Of a DNA stretch of 64,000 nt, positions 28,267-41,057 are shown one piece after another. Each line of letters begins with the position of its first letter. Positions within the stretch are counted from its first letter, which is position 1. The position numbers and the translations under genes are program-made. Origin of the DNA: Eledone cirrhosa (taxonomy: Eukaryota); contig OZ024747.1 in the NCBI GenBank assembly GCA_964016885.1, positions 12,214,001-12,278,000 of the forward strand. The letters are read 5' to 3'. Under the pieces are notes generated by a model. The model had not been told where the DNA came from. It made no database searches and worked only from the letters and a program-made list of their open reading frames with translations.

Positions 28267-29221
28267 AAACTAAACTATGTGGTGTTTATTCAATTATGAT
28301 GCTTTAGATGTTGACCCAATTGTTTGTCACCTGACAATGAGGAAAGGTATGATGACCAAATGGATATGGTTAACGAACTACAACAATAGTTATATCATAC
28401 AGTAGTAATTATATCACACAGCAGTAGTTATATTATACAAAATCCTTTCGAATTCTTCATTATTTTCAAAATTATTAACAAAATTGTAGGTAGTGTCTTT
28501 CATTTGAAATTTAGCAATGGAAGGGTTAAACTACCATTACATTACAATCTAACTCCCTCTCTTTCTCCTCACAACATGGAGCATGCCATAATATTTAAGA
28601 GATTATTCTTTCACAAATTATATAATAACAAGCAGTTGTTTTGTTGTTACTATTAAATATCATTGTTAAACAAAGACAAAATGTTTAAAACCTAATACCC
28701 CGGGTTATGTAAAAGCCCAGATCAAACTGACACAGATGAGTTAATATAACAAGAGAAGATAGTTGATCTCTCACCATCTCAACATCCAGCGATGTTTACA
28801 AAACAAAACATGTTTACAAAACAAAACAGATGACATTTCAAATGACATTCTATGGAACTTCTAGTGTAGCTATTCCTAAGTCATCTCATTATTAACCATT
28901 TCATAACTATATTTCTAAATGAAAGATACTGCACCACATGCCTTCACACACACACACATATTCGCAATCGTGAGGTTGTGAGTTCAATTCCTTTTGGAAA
29001 GACCAATGCAAACAGTGTTTCCTCGATCTGATTTGACAAAAAAAAGTCGATCGACTGTCGATATATATATATATAACCCTCAAACCATATTTCAAGTGAC
29101 AGATACGACACCACGTTCCTTTACACACACACATGCAAAAGGTCAACAGAAATAACAAAGCAAACAACACAGTACAATGAAGAAATATATTAGTTTTAAG
29201 CTTGATATAGTAGGAAAAGAG

Positions 29222-29257
29222 TTTTAACGTTTCAGATGCTAGTCCTTCGTCAGAAAA
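29222..29257 (-). ncRNA. Minimal type I hammerhead ribozyme (Penelope-type)
   Basis: Minus strand reads UUUU-CUGACGA-AGG(ACUAGCA)UCU-GAAA-CGUU-AAAA: 4-bp stem I, 3-bp stem II, palindromic AACGUU stem III, GUU triplet. Confidence 0.7.
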
Positions 29258-30082
29258 TAGAATGAGAAATAATAGAAAGTTGATTCAAACCAGAAATGTC
29301 TATAGGAATTTTTACAACTGACTTCCAGACATTGACACTAATTAACACCACTACTACTACTACTACCACCACCATCACTGGCACAAGGACAGCAATTTGA
29401 GGGAATAGTTAAGTCACATCAATACTTGACTGGTACTTTATTTTATTGATCCTGGAAGGATGAAAGCAATGTTGACCCTGGCAGGATTTGAACTTAAAAT
29501 GGAACAAATACAGTAAAACATTCTACAATGTGACTGTATTTGATGATCTAACAATTCTGCTAAATCTATTGCCCTATAATTGTCACTAATAATAATAATG
29601 ATAATGATTTTAACAACATTGGCAAAAGACCAAACATTTTCCGGAAGTAAATATAGTCATTTATAGCCCACACACCTTCCCCCTCCTCACACACACACAC
29701 ACACACACTATATTCCACTGATATTTATTTTATTAAATCTGGAAAAGAAGAAAAAGCAATAGTGACTACTGACAGGATTTGAACCCAGAATATAAGGGAT
29801 CAAAAATACTGCAAAGCTTTTTGTTCCCTACTCTACCAATTCTGCCACCCATTGCCCAACAACAATTGTTTTGGAACCTTTCATAACCATATTTCGAATG
29901 AAAAAAAAAAGTATCTACAATTATCAATTATTTAGAAAATATTCAAGAACTTGGAAGGATTTAGTACTTATATATTCTTTTATAAACAATAAATACACTT
30001 CATATATTTTTTAATGGTCTAGAAACTTCCGGGCCGCCCTGTAGTTATAAGTTACAAATTTCTCTGTAGACATGATAGTTCT

Positions 30083-30120
30083 TTCTCTGATGAAATTCTA
30101 ATGCTAGAAACTAGTTAGAA
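30083..30120 (+). ncRNA. Degenerate minimal hammerhead ribozyme
   Basis: TTCT-CTGATGA-(13 nt)-GAAA-CTAGTT-AGAA. Stem I ttct/agaa and palindromic AACTAGTT are present; stem II is eroded. Confidence 0.5.
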
Positions 30121-31896
30121 TGGTTCTCCTTTCCTACCCAGAGATAGATAAAAATCTGGTGTGGTGTAACCACTTTGTTTATTAAAAGTCTGTGTTTCCA
30201 AGAAAGAATGAAATAAAAATCAGGAGATTAGTGAAGGAGTGAGGTGTAAAGAGGGCAAAATGGAGCTGTTTGCCATGAAGCCCCACCTACATCACAACAG
30301 GTCTAAACCCTGCTTTAAAAGGGATAGTGGCCTTAAAACGATTGTTGATGCTACTGTACTAGAAATACAGGTTTATAAGCAAAGATGTATACATTCCAAA
30401 TAAGAGTACTATCACTAGAATACAGTAGATAGTAGAAGCAGCAACAGTAGAAACAACAACAACAGTGCCAGACTGCTATTTGATCTCTAGATTACTGATA
30501 CATTAGTGTCAAAAAACTATTCAATACTCACACACACAAATAGTATTGTTGTATTCACTAATACTTGGTGATGGTGGTGGTGGTGATGTAGTGGTACTGA
30601 TATAAGGGTGATGGTGTAGTGGTAATGGTGATGGAGTAATGGTAGTGGTGTAATGGTAGTGGTGTAATGGTGATGGAGTAATGGTGATGTTGTAGTGGTA
30701 ATGGTGGTGTTGTGGTGGTGATGATATGATGCTGGTGTAGTGGTAGTGGTGGTAATAGTGGTGTTGTGGTGGTGATGGAGTAATGGTAGTGGTGTAATGA
30801 TGGAGTAATGGCAGTGGTGTAATGGTGGTGTAATGATGGAGTAGTGGTAGTGGTGATGGTATAATGGTAATGTAGTGGTGACAGTAGTCGTTGTAATGGT
30901 AGTGGTGATGGTTGTGGTGAACTAGAAGGATCAGTAGTTGTAGAATAGTATTAGTATCAGCAGTTGTAGTGGTGATACTGTTGTCGTGGTGGTAGTGTTG
31001 TGTTGTGGTTGTTGTTGTAGTAGTAATAGAAAAAGTACAATTTCAGAATTGTTGATCTTGGTTGCTTCACAGATTAAAATATTAACAATAGGAGGGAAAA
31101 TGGACATTAAATGATGATGATGATGATGATGATGATCAGTTGTTTACTCTTAGGCAAGACCTGACTCAGCAGAACCCGATTAAGTCTTTCATTACCATAT
31201 TTCTAATGAAAGAAAGTATTTGGAGAGGTTTAACTATATAACTAACTTTCTCATTAAGTTGATCTTTGGAATATAATTTAATCAAAGTTCTTACATAATA
31301 TAATGATGGAAGGTTTTCAGAGAAATTTAAATGCTTTATAACCTTTTCGTTACTATATTTCTAATGAAAGATAAATATTTGGAGGGATTTCTTATTAAGT
31401 TGTTGTTTGGAACCCTTTCTTTACTGTATTTCTAATGAAATACACTGCCAATGTGTTTCAATTAATTGTGAAAATATCATTTGGAAGAATCCAGTACAAT
31501 AACTAATTTTACCATGAGTTGACTTTTGGTATAATACTTAAGAAAATTTCTTAAATATGATAAAATCATAAGATTTGTAAAAAGGGCAGTTTTATAGTAT
31601 ACAACCAGGGATAGGATAGTCTCAGTTAGTTTTGTATCAAAGGAGTTATTTGAAACAACAAAAGTTGACTATGGCAAGATTTGAACTCAGAATGAGAGAA
31701 CCAGAATACCAGAAGGCATTTAATTCACTCTAACCACTCTTCATTTAGAGTCAAATTTCAAGGATATTTGACTGTTTTTTCTAGCAAGTCAGGAAACCAC
31801 ATAGAGGCTCTTTCATTAGCTCCAAGAATCACTCAGTTAATTAAATCTTGATATGAAACTGCCTGAAACTGCTGCAGGTTCTCTGATATAAAACTA

Positions 31897-32105
31897 ACTA
31901 TTTACCATTTACATTACTCTGTATTTACTATTGTATTTTCAGAGTATAGACTTTATCTCACATAATATCAAATCTATGAGATATTGATATTATTTATTTT
32001 GGGAATAATACCTTAACATCAGTATGAGTAGCCAGTTACAGCCGGTTTGAACAGAAAAAGGTGAGAGAATTCTGGCCGCATACAGCCGGTTTAAATGCTA
32101 AAGGG
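31897..32105. mobile_element. piggyBac-like MITE (family A), opposite orientation to 34367
   Basis: Colinear with 1010-1202; ends TAAATGCTAAAGGG-TTAA. Confidence 0.75.
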
Positions 32106-33782
32106 TTAATGAGATTTTTATATAAAAACCTCCCCAAAATTTTGTTAAATTATGTCCCAAACATCAGCATAATAATTGTTTTATAATAAATAGAAAGTTA
32201 AAAGGTTGGTTATATTACTAAATCCCTCCAAATTCATATTTTCAAAATCTATGTTTTGTTGGTTTCTTTTAATTAGAAATATAACAAATGGGTTAAACCG
32301 AGAAAATGTTGTATTAAACACCACCAAAGAAAGATAACTAAAATATTCGTAATTAACTAAAATAATTAGTAATACAGTAACAAAAGGGTTAAGTTTTACT
32401 GGCAAAGTGACAAGATGAAGGTGTATGGAAAACTACAGAATTACATAGATGTATGTCATATATATGTGTGTGTGTATGTGTGTGTTTGTATGTATGTATG
32501 TATATATATATATATAATGTATAGTGACCAATAGGGAAATAAAGCAATGGGCATTCAAAGTAATTATCATAATTATTTATTAATTAATGGTAACTAGAGC
32601 AGCAGATTAGCAGAATCGTTACAGCATTGGACAAATATGCTGTACATAATTTAATTATGACCATTTAGATTCTGAGTTCAAATCCTGCTACGGTCAACAG
32701 CTTTCATCATTCTGGTGCCAATAAAATGAGGTACCAGTAAAGTACTAGGGTCGATATAAACATCTTTCCCATGCCTCCAAATTGCTGGCCTTGTGCCTAA
32801 ATTACAAATCAATTAAGGGAAACTGGCAAAAATGATGAGATATGAAGCTAAATTTTCTATAAATTTTAGTCTTCTAACCCTGAAGTCAGCTCAACTTTAC
32901 ACTGTATCCTTCCAAGGGTAATAACACAAATTAAAAATGAAAAAAAGTTTAAGTCTGTCCCAAGCCCAAAGAATCATCTGACCAGAGCTTCATTGATGTT
33001 TAAGTGAATGGAAGTACAATCTTGGACAGGACATCAGTCCCTCACAGGGTTAACATTAATCTGTTGTTGAAGAACACAAAACACTACCTTGTCCAGGAAT
33101 TGAACCCACTATATTACAACCCCAAGCAACACTACTTCAACCACAACCAGCTTTGCTGCACCACCACCATTACCACCACAACCACCACCATAACCAACAC
33201 TACTAACATTACAACCAACACCATTACCACCACTATAACCAACACTACTAACATTACAACCAACACCATTACCACCACTACCACCACCAGAACTACCAGA
33301 ACGATCACTCCTACCACTACAACCAACACTATTACTATCACTCCCACCTCCACCACCAGAAACACAACCAGTCTCAATGTAATTATTATACCCATTGTAA
33401 CCCTGTCAGGATAGATTGGTCCGAGACAGAAGGTTGGTAAACATCGGAGATGAAGAAGAAAAGGGAGTAGATGAGAAGGATATTGAAATAGAGAGAGAGA
33501 AAGAGAGAGAAGGGAGGGGGCTAGGATTAAGTTTGAAAGCTAATCTGTACCAAAGTCTCAAGCAATGGTGTTTGGCTGAGATAAAGCTCTTAATTGAAGG
33601 CAAGAAGGATTAGCTGACTTCACATGAAGTAAACGGGTATGGGTAGGAGAGGGTTAGAAAGAAAGGGACAGTGTTAGGCTTACATCAGAAACAGGGTTCA
33701 CACACACTCACACATACACACACAGAGGATGTATTAGAAAGAATATAATTTTTAGTATCATTATTATTATCATCATCCATCA

Positions 33783-33972
33783 GGGGCAGTGAATTGGCAG
33801 TATCGGTAGAGGGTTGGACGCCATGCTTTCTAGCATAGTTGCGTCCCTTTACGATCTGAGTTCAAATCCCGCCGAGGTTAACTTTGCCTTTCATCCTTAC
33901 GGGGTCGATAAAATAAAGTACCAGTAATGCACTGGGATAATTGTTGGCCTTGTGCCAAAAGTAGAAACAATT
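33783..33972 (+). mobile_element. tRNA/Meta-like SINE copy
   Basis: Reverse complement of the 2192-2380 family; (ATT)n tail. Confidence 0.85.
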
Positions 33973-34027
33973 ATTATTATCCCAGATATTAGGTAGATGT
34001 GGGGCAGAATACCCAACCATTTTTTAA

Positions 34028-34362
34028 CCCTTTCATTACCATATTTCAAATGAAAGACATTGCCTGTAATTTTTTTCAAATTACTTTGAAAATAAAGAAT
34101 TTACAGAGATTTAGTAATATAACTTTTCGTTTTTAAGGTAAAGTTTGGGGCATAATCTAACCACAGTTCTAACAAAATTATGATGAAAGGTTTTTTTTTT
34201 TAAATAAATACAAATAGTAAATTAACATATTTGTATCACAGAACAGCAGATTAATAATGGGAGAGAAGTTATATAACTAAATCCGTTCAGATTTAATTAT
34301 TTTCAAAAATTATTTGAAAATCCTAGGCAGTGTTTTTCATCAGAAATATTGTAATGAAAGTG
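34028..34362. mobile_element. piggyBac-like MITE (family B)
   Basis: TTAA on both sides (34024-27, 34363-66); ~38-bp imperfect TIR CCCTTTCATTACCATATTTC...; many decayed relatives across the window. Confidence 0.78.
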
Positions 34363-34366
34363 TTAA

Positions 34367-34584
34367 CCTTTTAGCATTTAAACCTGCCATATCCTGCCAC
34401 AATTCTCTCACCTCTTTCTGTTCAATCCAGCCATAACCAGCTGCTCATACTTATGTTAAGATATTGTTCTCAAAATAAATATCAAAATCTCGTAGATTTG
34501 ATATTGTACGAGATAATTATGTGAAATAAAGTGTTTACTGTGAAAATACAGTAGTAAATATAGAGTAATGTAAATGCTAAAGGG
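34367..34584. mobile_element. piggyBac-like MITE (family A)
   Basis: TTAA TSDs at 34363-66 and 34585-88; TIR CCTTTTAGCATTTA/TAAATGCTAAAGGG, 13 of 14 matching. Confidence 0.85.
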
Positions 34585-34630
34585 TTAAAGACTAAAGTTT
34601 ACAATTGTTGAAATGATATTAAAATCTTAC

Positions 34631-34823
34631 CCAAGTTTGGGTGAACTTCATACAGATTATAATTGCTCTGTGTCAACATTCGCATGTCAGGACGGAATTT
34701 TTCTATGAGGACATCGATTACCTCTTTGGCAGTTGCTGAACTGGCCACTCGGATGCATTTAGTTGCAACCTTGGCACCAGCATCTTGAAAGAAAAATCGC
34801 ATAACCCCATGGAACTCATGGTT
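34631..34823 (-). CDS. AFDN: Afadin/canoe (AF-6) coding exon, N-terminal part of Ras-association domain RA1 (probably coding exon 2)
   Basis: Translates NHEFHGVMRFFFQDAGAKVATKCIRVASSATAKEVIDVLIEKFRPDMRMLTQSNYNLYEVHPNL+G, closely matching the afadin motifs EFHGVMRFYFQD..ATKCIRVSS..EKFRPDMRML..YSLYEVH. Acceptor ttttgcAG with a long pyrimidine tract; donor G|GTAAG at 34630. 193 nt = 64 codons + 1 nt. Confidence 0.96.
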
Positions 34824-34855
34824 CTGCAAAAGAAGAAGAAAAAGTAGTTAGAATC

Positions 34856-34886
<31 letters not shown>

Positions 34887-34926
34887 TAGACTTCCAATAT
34901 ACAAATACAATGATTTCTTAAATAAT

Positions 34927-35001
34927 TGTTTCTACTTTTTGGCACAAGGCCAGCAATTACCCAGTACATTACTGGTACTTTATTTTATCGATCCCGTAAG
35001 G
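34927..35001 (-). mobile_element. 5'-truncated Meta-like SINE with 17-bp TSD
   Basis: ATGATTTCTTAAATAAT at 34910-26 and 35002-18; adjacent to an older copy of the same superfamily. Confidence 0.8.
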
Positions 35002-35730
35002 ATGATTTCTTAAATAATGGTTTCTTATATAGGCACAAGGCCAGCAATTTAAAGCTAAGGAGGGAAAATCAAGTAAATCAAACTAGTGTATTGCTGGTAC
35101 TTTATTCTATTGACTGAACAGATGGAAGGCAAAGCAAGGACTTGATGAGTAGAACTCAGAACAGAGGGCAGAAGTATATGCCACAATGTATATAATATAA
35201 TTGTTTCTACTTTTGGCACAAGGTCAGCAATTACCCCAGTGCATTACTGGTGCTTTATTTTATCGACCTCCGTAAGGATGACAGGCAAAGCTAACCTCAG
35301 CAGGATTTGAACTCAGAACAAAAAGGGCCATAACTATGCTGCAAAGCATGGTGTAATATAATAAAAATGATGATTTCTACTTTAAGCACAAGGCCAGGAG
35401 GGGAGGGCAGTGAATTATATCTGACTGGTGCCTTATTTTATCAACACAAGAAGGATGAAAGGAAAAGCTGATTTTGGCAGAATTTGAAACCAGAACGTAG
35501 AGGATTGTAATGAAATACTGCGATGTATTTTGTCTGACTTCTAATGATTCTGCCAATCCACTGCCTGAGGAACAACAATAATGGTTTGTGGCACAAGAGA
35601 GAAGAACTTTTGATTAAATCAACCCCAGTATATGACTGGTACTTATTTTGACTTTGGAACGATGAAAATTTAACCAAAACTCTTTAAGTGCCAAAATTGC
35701 ACTGGTATGCCTTTAACCTCCCATACCTTG

Positions 35731-36143
35731 TTTTACTTCCACCTCCCACCCCCTTGTGTATCAAAGATGTACCGATACATCTTTTACCTCCACCTCCCAC
35801 CCTCCCTTGTGTATCAAAGATGTACTGATACATCTTTTACCTCCACCTCCCACCCTCCCTTGTGTATCAAAGATGTACTGATACATCTTTTACCTCCACC
35901 TCCCACCCTCCCTTGTGTATCAAAGATGTACCGATACATCTTTTACCTCCACCTCCCACCCTCCCTTGTGTATCAAAGATGTACCGATACATCTTTTACC
36001 TCCACCTCCCACCCTCCCTTGTGTATCAAAGATGTACTGATACATCTTTTACCTCCACCTCCCACCCTCCCTTGTGTATCAAAGATGTACTGATACATCT
36101 TTTACCTCCACCTCCCACCCTCCCTTGTGTATCAAACATGTAC
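35731..36143. repeat. 53-bp minisatellite, ~7.7 units
   Basis: Unit CTTTTACCTCCACCTCCCACCCTCCCTTGTGTATCAAAGATGTACYGATACAT. Confidence 0.95.
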
Positions 36144-36854
36144 TGGAACAGATTGGGTGGATGTTTAAAATCTGAGCTTCTCAACATCTTAACACAGTGC
36201 ATGCTATTGCTGATCTATGTAATGTAGCAGCAACCCCCCCCCCCCTCCCACACACACACACACTTCTAGTTCAAACATGTGCAAACTTGATTCTATAAAC
36301 AGACATCTTTTGAAGAGGGTTGGGAGAGAGAGAGGAGGGGGAGAACAAGTAATAAAATAACAAAATGAAACCTAATTTCAATGAGGTTTTTGTGGTTATT
36401 TTTGTATGGGGGATGTGGGTTAAATAAACAAAGTTTTTTCTTCCAATAGACCAAGGCAAGTGACAGGTGTTTGATGATAAAGGAAAGCAATAGAGAGTGA
36501 GAGAGAAAGATGGAGAGACAGTGACAGAAGCTGTTTTATGTATCCAGGGATTTATAAACTGCTGTAGTAGATGATAAAAATGAAATGAAAATTAGATTTA
36601 CAGCTCACACCTTTGCAGATTTAGCTAGTTTCATATGAAGTTTCATGACTGTTTAAATAATGGGGACCCGGTCCTATCATGAAAAACAATGTGAAATGAA
36701 GCAGTCTTGCTCAAGAACACAATGCAACGTTCAGTCGAGGAATTGAACACAATCTTATGAGTAAGAGTCCAACACTTAACCATTTGGTCACATGCTTTTT
36801 ACTAGATGATAAACTTCTAGTAAACAGAGTCTACATATAAAATAATATAATAAT

Positions 36855-37020
36855 AATTGTTTCTACTTTTTGGCACAAGGCCAGCAATCATCCCAGTGCA
36901 TTACTGGTACTTTATTTTATCGACCCTGTAAGGATGAAAGGCAAAGTTAACCTAGGCGGAATTTGAACTCAGACCGTAAAGGAGCGTAACTCTGTGCTAC
37001 AAAGCATGGTGTCCAACCCT
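36855..37020 (-). mobile_element. tRNA/Meta-like SINE copy
   Basis: Similar to 2192-2355. Confidence 0.82.
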
Positions 37021-37406
37021 CATGAAATTATTATGTACAGTGCTCAGGTGCACTACAACACAAGACTGATTGCTAATCATAATAGCTATTTCATTTATTA
37101 TGGTAGTAAGACAAAGGCATTAGCTATGGAGGATATGTGAAGGTAAGGCAGATATGAATCAAGTGTATTTTGTTAGATGTGCAATGTTAGTGTGTAGAAC
37201 AATAAAGTGCTGACGAGTTGAGAGAAAAACTGGATATAAGAGGAACCAAATGTTTACAAAAGAGAAGATTATATTGGTACAAGACAATGGTTTCTGTTCT
37301 AGGCACAAGGCCATCAATTCTAGGGGAGGGGGAATCAATTAAATTAACCCCAGCGTGTTACTGGTACTTTATTTTATCAACCATTTAAGGATGAAAGGTA
37401 AATAAT

Positions 37407-37588
37407 TGTTTCTACTTTTGGCACAAGGCCAGCAATTATCCCAGTTCATTACTGGTACTTTATTTTATTGACCCCGTAAGGATGAAGGGTAAAGTTAACC
37501 TCGGCAGGAATTGAACTCAGACTGTAAATGGCCGTAACTCTATGTTACAAAGCATGGCGTCCGACCCTCTATAAATACTGCCAATCCA
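37407..37588 (-). mobile_element. Young Meta-like SINE inserted into an older related SINE
   Basis: Exact 14-bp TSD GAAAGGTAAATAAT at 37393-406 and 37589-602; older copy at ~37288-37400. Confidence 0.85.
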
Positions 37589-37639
37589 GAAAGGTAAATA
37601 ATGCACATAAATGATGGTAGTTGGGAGATGCTTCAGGAG

Positions 37640-37797
37640 CTCTCAAGTGGAAGATCTGGGCAGAAGTGGTGAAAGCTGATCTCAGAATTCTGGTCCTCAC
37701 AAAGGAAATGACAAAGGAAAAGGGGCTATACTGGAGAGGACTTATCTCACTTATTGAAGCATGGAAGAGTATGTAAAAATGATAATGATGGCGATGT
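37640..37797 (+). mobile_element. Old 5'-truncated RTE 3' fragment
   Basis: Diverged match to 45410-45570 (KIWAEVVKADLR-like coding relic, tail and ATG repeats). Confidence 0.65.
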
Positions 37798-39176
37798 TAA
37801 AGTTCATGATAAAGGCAGGGAAGTCACAATCTGTTTACCTACTATAGTCAACAGACAAGACTACACTTGTTATATATTTCTGATCAACCATAAGAGAGAG
37901 AGAGAAAGCTATGCAACACACTAGTACATGACAAACATATTCAAAGATAAAGGGAGAGAGTCATCTAACATATAAACACATATTCAAGGATAGAGACAGC
38001 TATGTGACACACTAGTGTACATGACAAATACTTATATCCAGAGAGAGAGAGAGATAAAGCTCAAGAGATTAGAGTTTATCTAGAGATGAAAACATGATAG
38101 GTGAAAAGAGAATATTTCATTGATCCATCTGGAGATTAAGACAGAAAAGAAAGGAGATAGAGATTGTGTATGTGCTTGAGAGAGAGAGAGAGAAGAAATA
38201 GCCACTCTACAGATAAATACAACACAAGTATACCCCAGTTTATCTATTAAACAATGGATGCTATACATAATAAATTTCATATATATCATGTATTGGTTTA
38301 TTAACCTTTTGGGGGCAGGATTTTAATGAAAAGCATCGTCAATGATTTTCAAATCACTTTGGAAATAATCAAGAATTTCGAGGGATTTAGTAATATTACA
38401 TTTTCATTATGTTAGATGGTCAATAGACATTAGTAGAGCATCGAACATGCTTTGTGGCAAATAGTTATGATCCTTTACGTTATGAGTTCAAATCCCACAA
38501 AGGTTAGCTTTGTCTTTTATCTGTATGGGGTCGATAAAATAAAGTACCAGTAACGCAATGGGGTTGATTTAATCGACTTTCTCCTCCACCAAAATTGTCC
38601 TCGTGTCTAAATCAGAAAATGTTATGTTGGTGTTTGGATGGAACATGATGGAAAGTTTTTTTAAATAAATATATAAACTTTAAAATAAACAGTTCTGTAT
38701 TGAAGAATCAGAGCTGTTTCGGGTGGTTTAGTATCAAAAATAGTTAACATTTTTGTTATATATTTGAAAGACACTATGCCTATGATTTTCAAATAATTTT
38801 GAAAATATTCAAAAATTTTGTGAGATTTAGTAATATAAGTAACTTCTTTGTTATTAAATTATGTTTAGAACAAAGGTTTCTAACTAAAAATTAAAATGGA
38901 AGATGATAAGTATAATTTTGTATTGTAGAACTAGGGGCAGTTTGATATCAAAAGGGTTAAAGAAATATTGAACTTTAACCATTTCCATAGCAATCTAATT
39001 AAAATCATCCCTATTTCTACAATATATAATCTATTTCAAGTTTACCATCATCATCTTCATTTTTTTTACATTTGCACTTCAATGTTGAAAGGCAACGTTT
39101 TATAGTCAAGTGCCCTTCCTGAAACTAACCTTTTTAGTTACCCCTAATGACACAGAGATATGGTGTACATATTCTT

Positions 39177-39207
<31 letters not shown>

Positions 39208-40134
39208 TCAGGCTACACATCTATAATTTTTGTTTATTTTGTGGTGCAAAAACATAAAAGAGCTTTTGAATTAAAAACATTCCAACATATTTTGATATCT
39301 TTTAAGTTATCTTCCAAACAGCTAATTAATAATAACAAAGTTCTTTTACAAAATTCTGCCAAATTCTTGAGTATCTTAAAAATTAATTAAGTCACAGACA
39401 TTATATATCTCTAAGAAAAAAAAATGATTACAAAAAGATTTTAAAAAACATCTCCAGGTTCTCATTTCATTTTCATAAATGGCATGTTTTTCTTTTAATA
39501 CAGGATAGAGTAGATATGTTTGTGTTTATAAAATAGATGCAGTTCAGTGGAAATCTCATAGATTGTATCTATAGAGATTGAATTTTACAGGTTCAGACAT
39601 GGCTGTATAGTTAAAAAGTTCTCTTCCAAATCATTTGGTTAAGTCCCGTAGTGTGTCTTGTCTTCTACTATAGGTTTGGGTTGACCAAATGTAATTCAAT
39701 TCTTGACCAAACCCAACTCGAGAGAGAAAATATTACTTCAGAAATAAAAGGTTCTAACACCTTCTCCCAAAAAACCTTAGAATTTATAGAAAAGTAAAAC
39801 ATTCTTCATATTTCAAAAATTTTTTTAAATATCTATAAATAACCAAAGTTTCTCACAATAGTTAAGTCATCATATATCAGACACAGTTTGAACATTTAGA
39901 GAAATGTCATCCATTGTTTTGTCAACACCCAAATTATAGCAGGTTGATATACAATAAAAAAAATAAAAAAATAAAAATAAATAAATAAATACATGTAAAC
40001 GAAACTTCATGCTTTTTCTTAATATATGCACATTTCCTGTACATTGAGTGCTCATTTTGGTACTACCACCAGTAATTCACTGAGTCATATGTGCGCGTGT
40101 ATATATGTATGTATCTATGTATGTGTGTATATGT

Positions 40135-40168
<34 letters not shown>

Positions 40169-40446
40169 ATATATCAAATTTATATTATCAGAACCAAACA
40201 ATCTTAGAAAAATAGCATGTTGGTGCCAAGTATATACGCTGTAGTAGTAAGTAAATATGAGAATCTCTGGGAACTGCCCTTCCCAATATCACAAGATACA
40301 TGATATATGAATGAAAATAATATATAACACAAGACAACCTGTTATTAGTTACTATAATACACACTTCACCTACTTTAAGGGGAACAGATATACTAAAAAC
40401 ATACATACTTGGCTGCTATTCCTAGCAGAATGATCACACCTCAACC

Positions 40447-40507
<61 letters not shown>

Positions 40508-41057
40508 AACAAGCCAATGAAAGAGCCTCTATGTGGTCTCTGGAATTGCTAGGAACAACAGCCAAATCTCAAACTTATGCCCTTGGTTTTGATTTAAACC
40601 CTTTTGATATCAAACCACATCTGGTTCTACAATACAAAGTTGCTAATTTTAAAGTGTTTATTTTTATCTAAAAGCCTTCCCGATAAAATAAAGTACCAGT
40701 AATGCACTGGGTAATTGCTGGCCTCGTGCCAAAAGTAGAAACAATTATGATTTTATGTAAGAACCTGTTTTAAGCTATGTTCCAAACACCAGGTTACTAA
40801 TCAGAAAGTTAAATAAATAGATATATATATATATATATATAGATATATATATATATAGATATATATATATATCTATCTATATAGATATATATAGATATAT
40901 ATATATATATAGATAGAGATATATAGATATATATAGATAGAGATATATAGATATTTATGAGACCAATAGAGATATGTACATTTATATATTTATATCTAGA
41001 TATTGCTATTATCATTTACAGTCCCTCTGTGTTTAATGTATGTTCATTAGTATATGT

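Larger units (their letters stand above)
187..34630 (-). other. AFDN: 34,444-bp phase-1 GT-AG intron of afadin
   Basis: Flanking exons join in frame into a contiguous RA domain with no missing segment. Confidence 0.88.

Noticed and set aside
30020-30043. Mariner-like terminal sequence ...CCGGGCCGCCCTG-TA
   Set aside because: Only one end was found and no partner TIR was seen, so the element cannot be delimited.
34599-34829. 76-aa standalone ORF in the track
   Set aside because: It is an internal exon; the true limits are the splice sites at 34823 and 34631.
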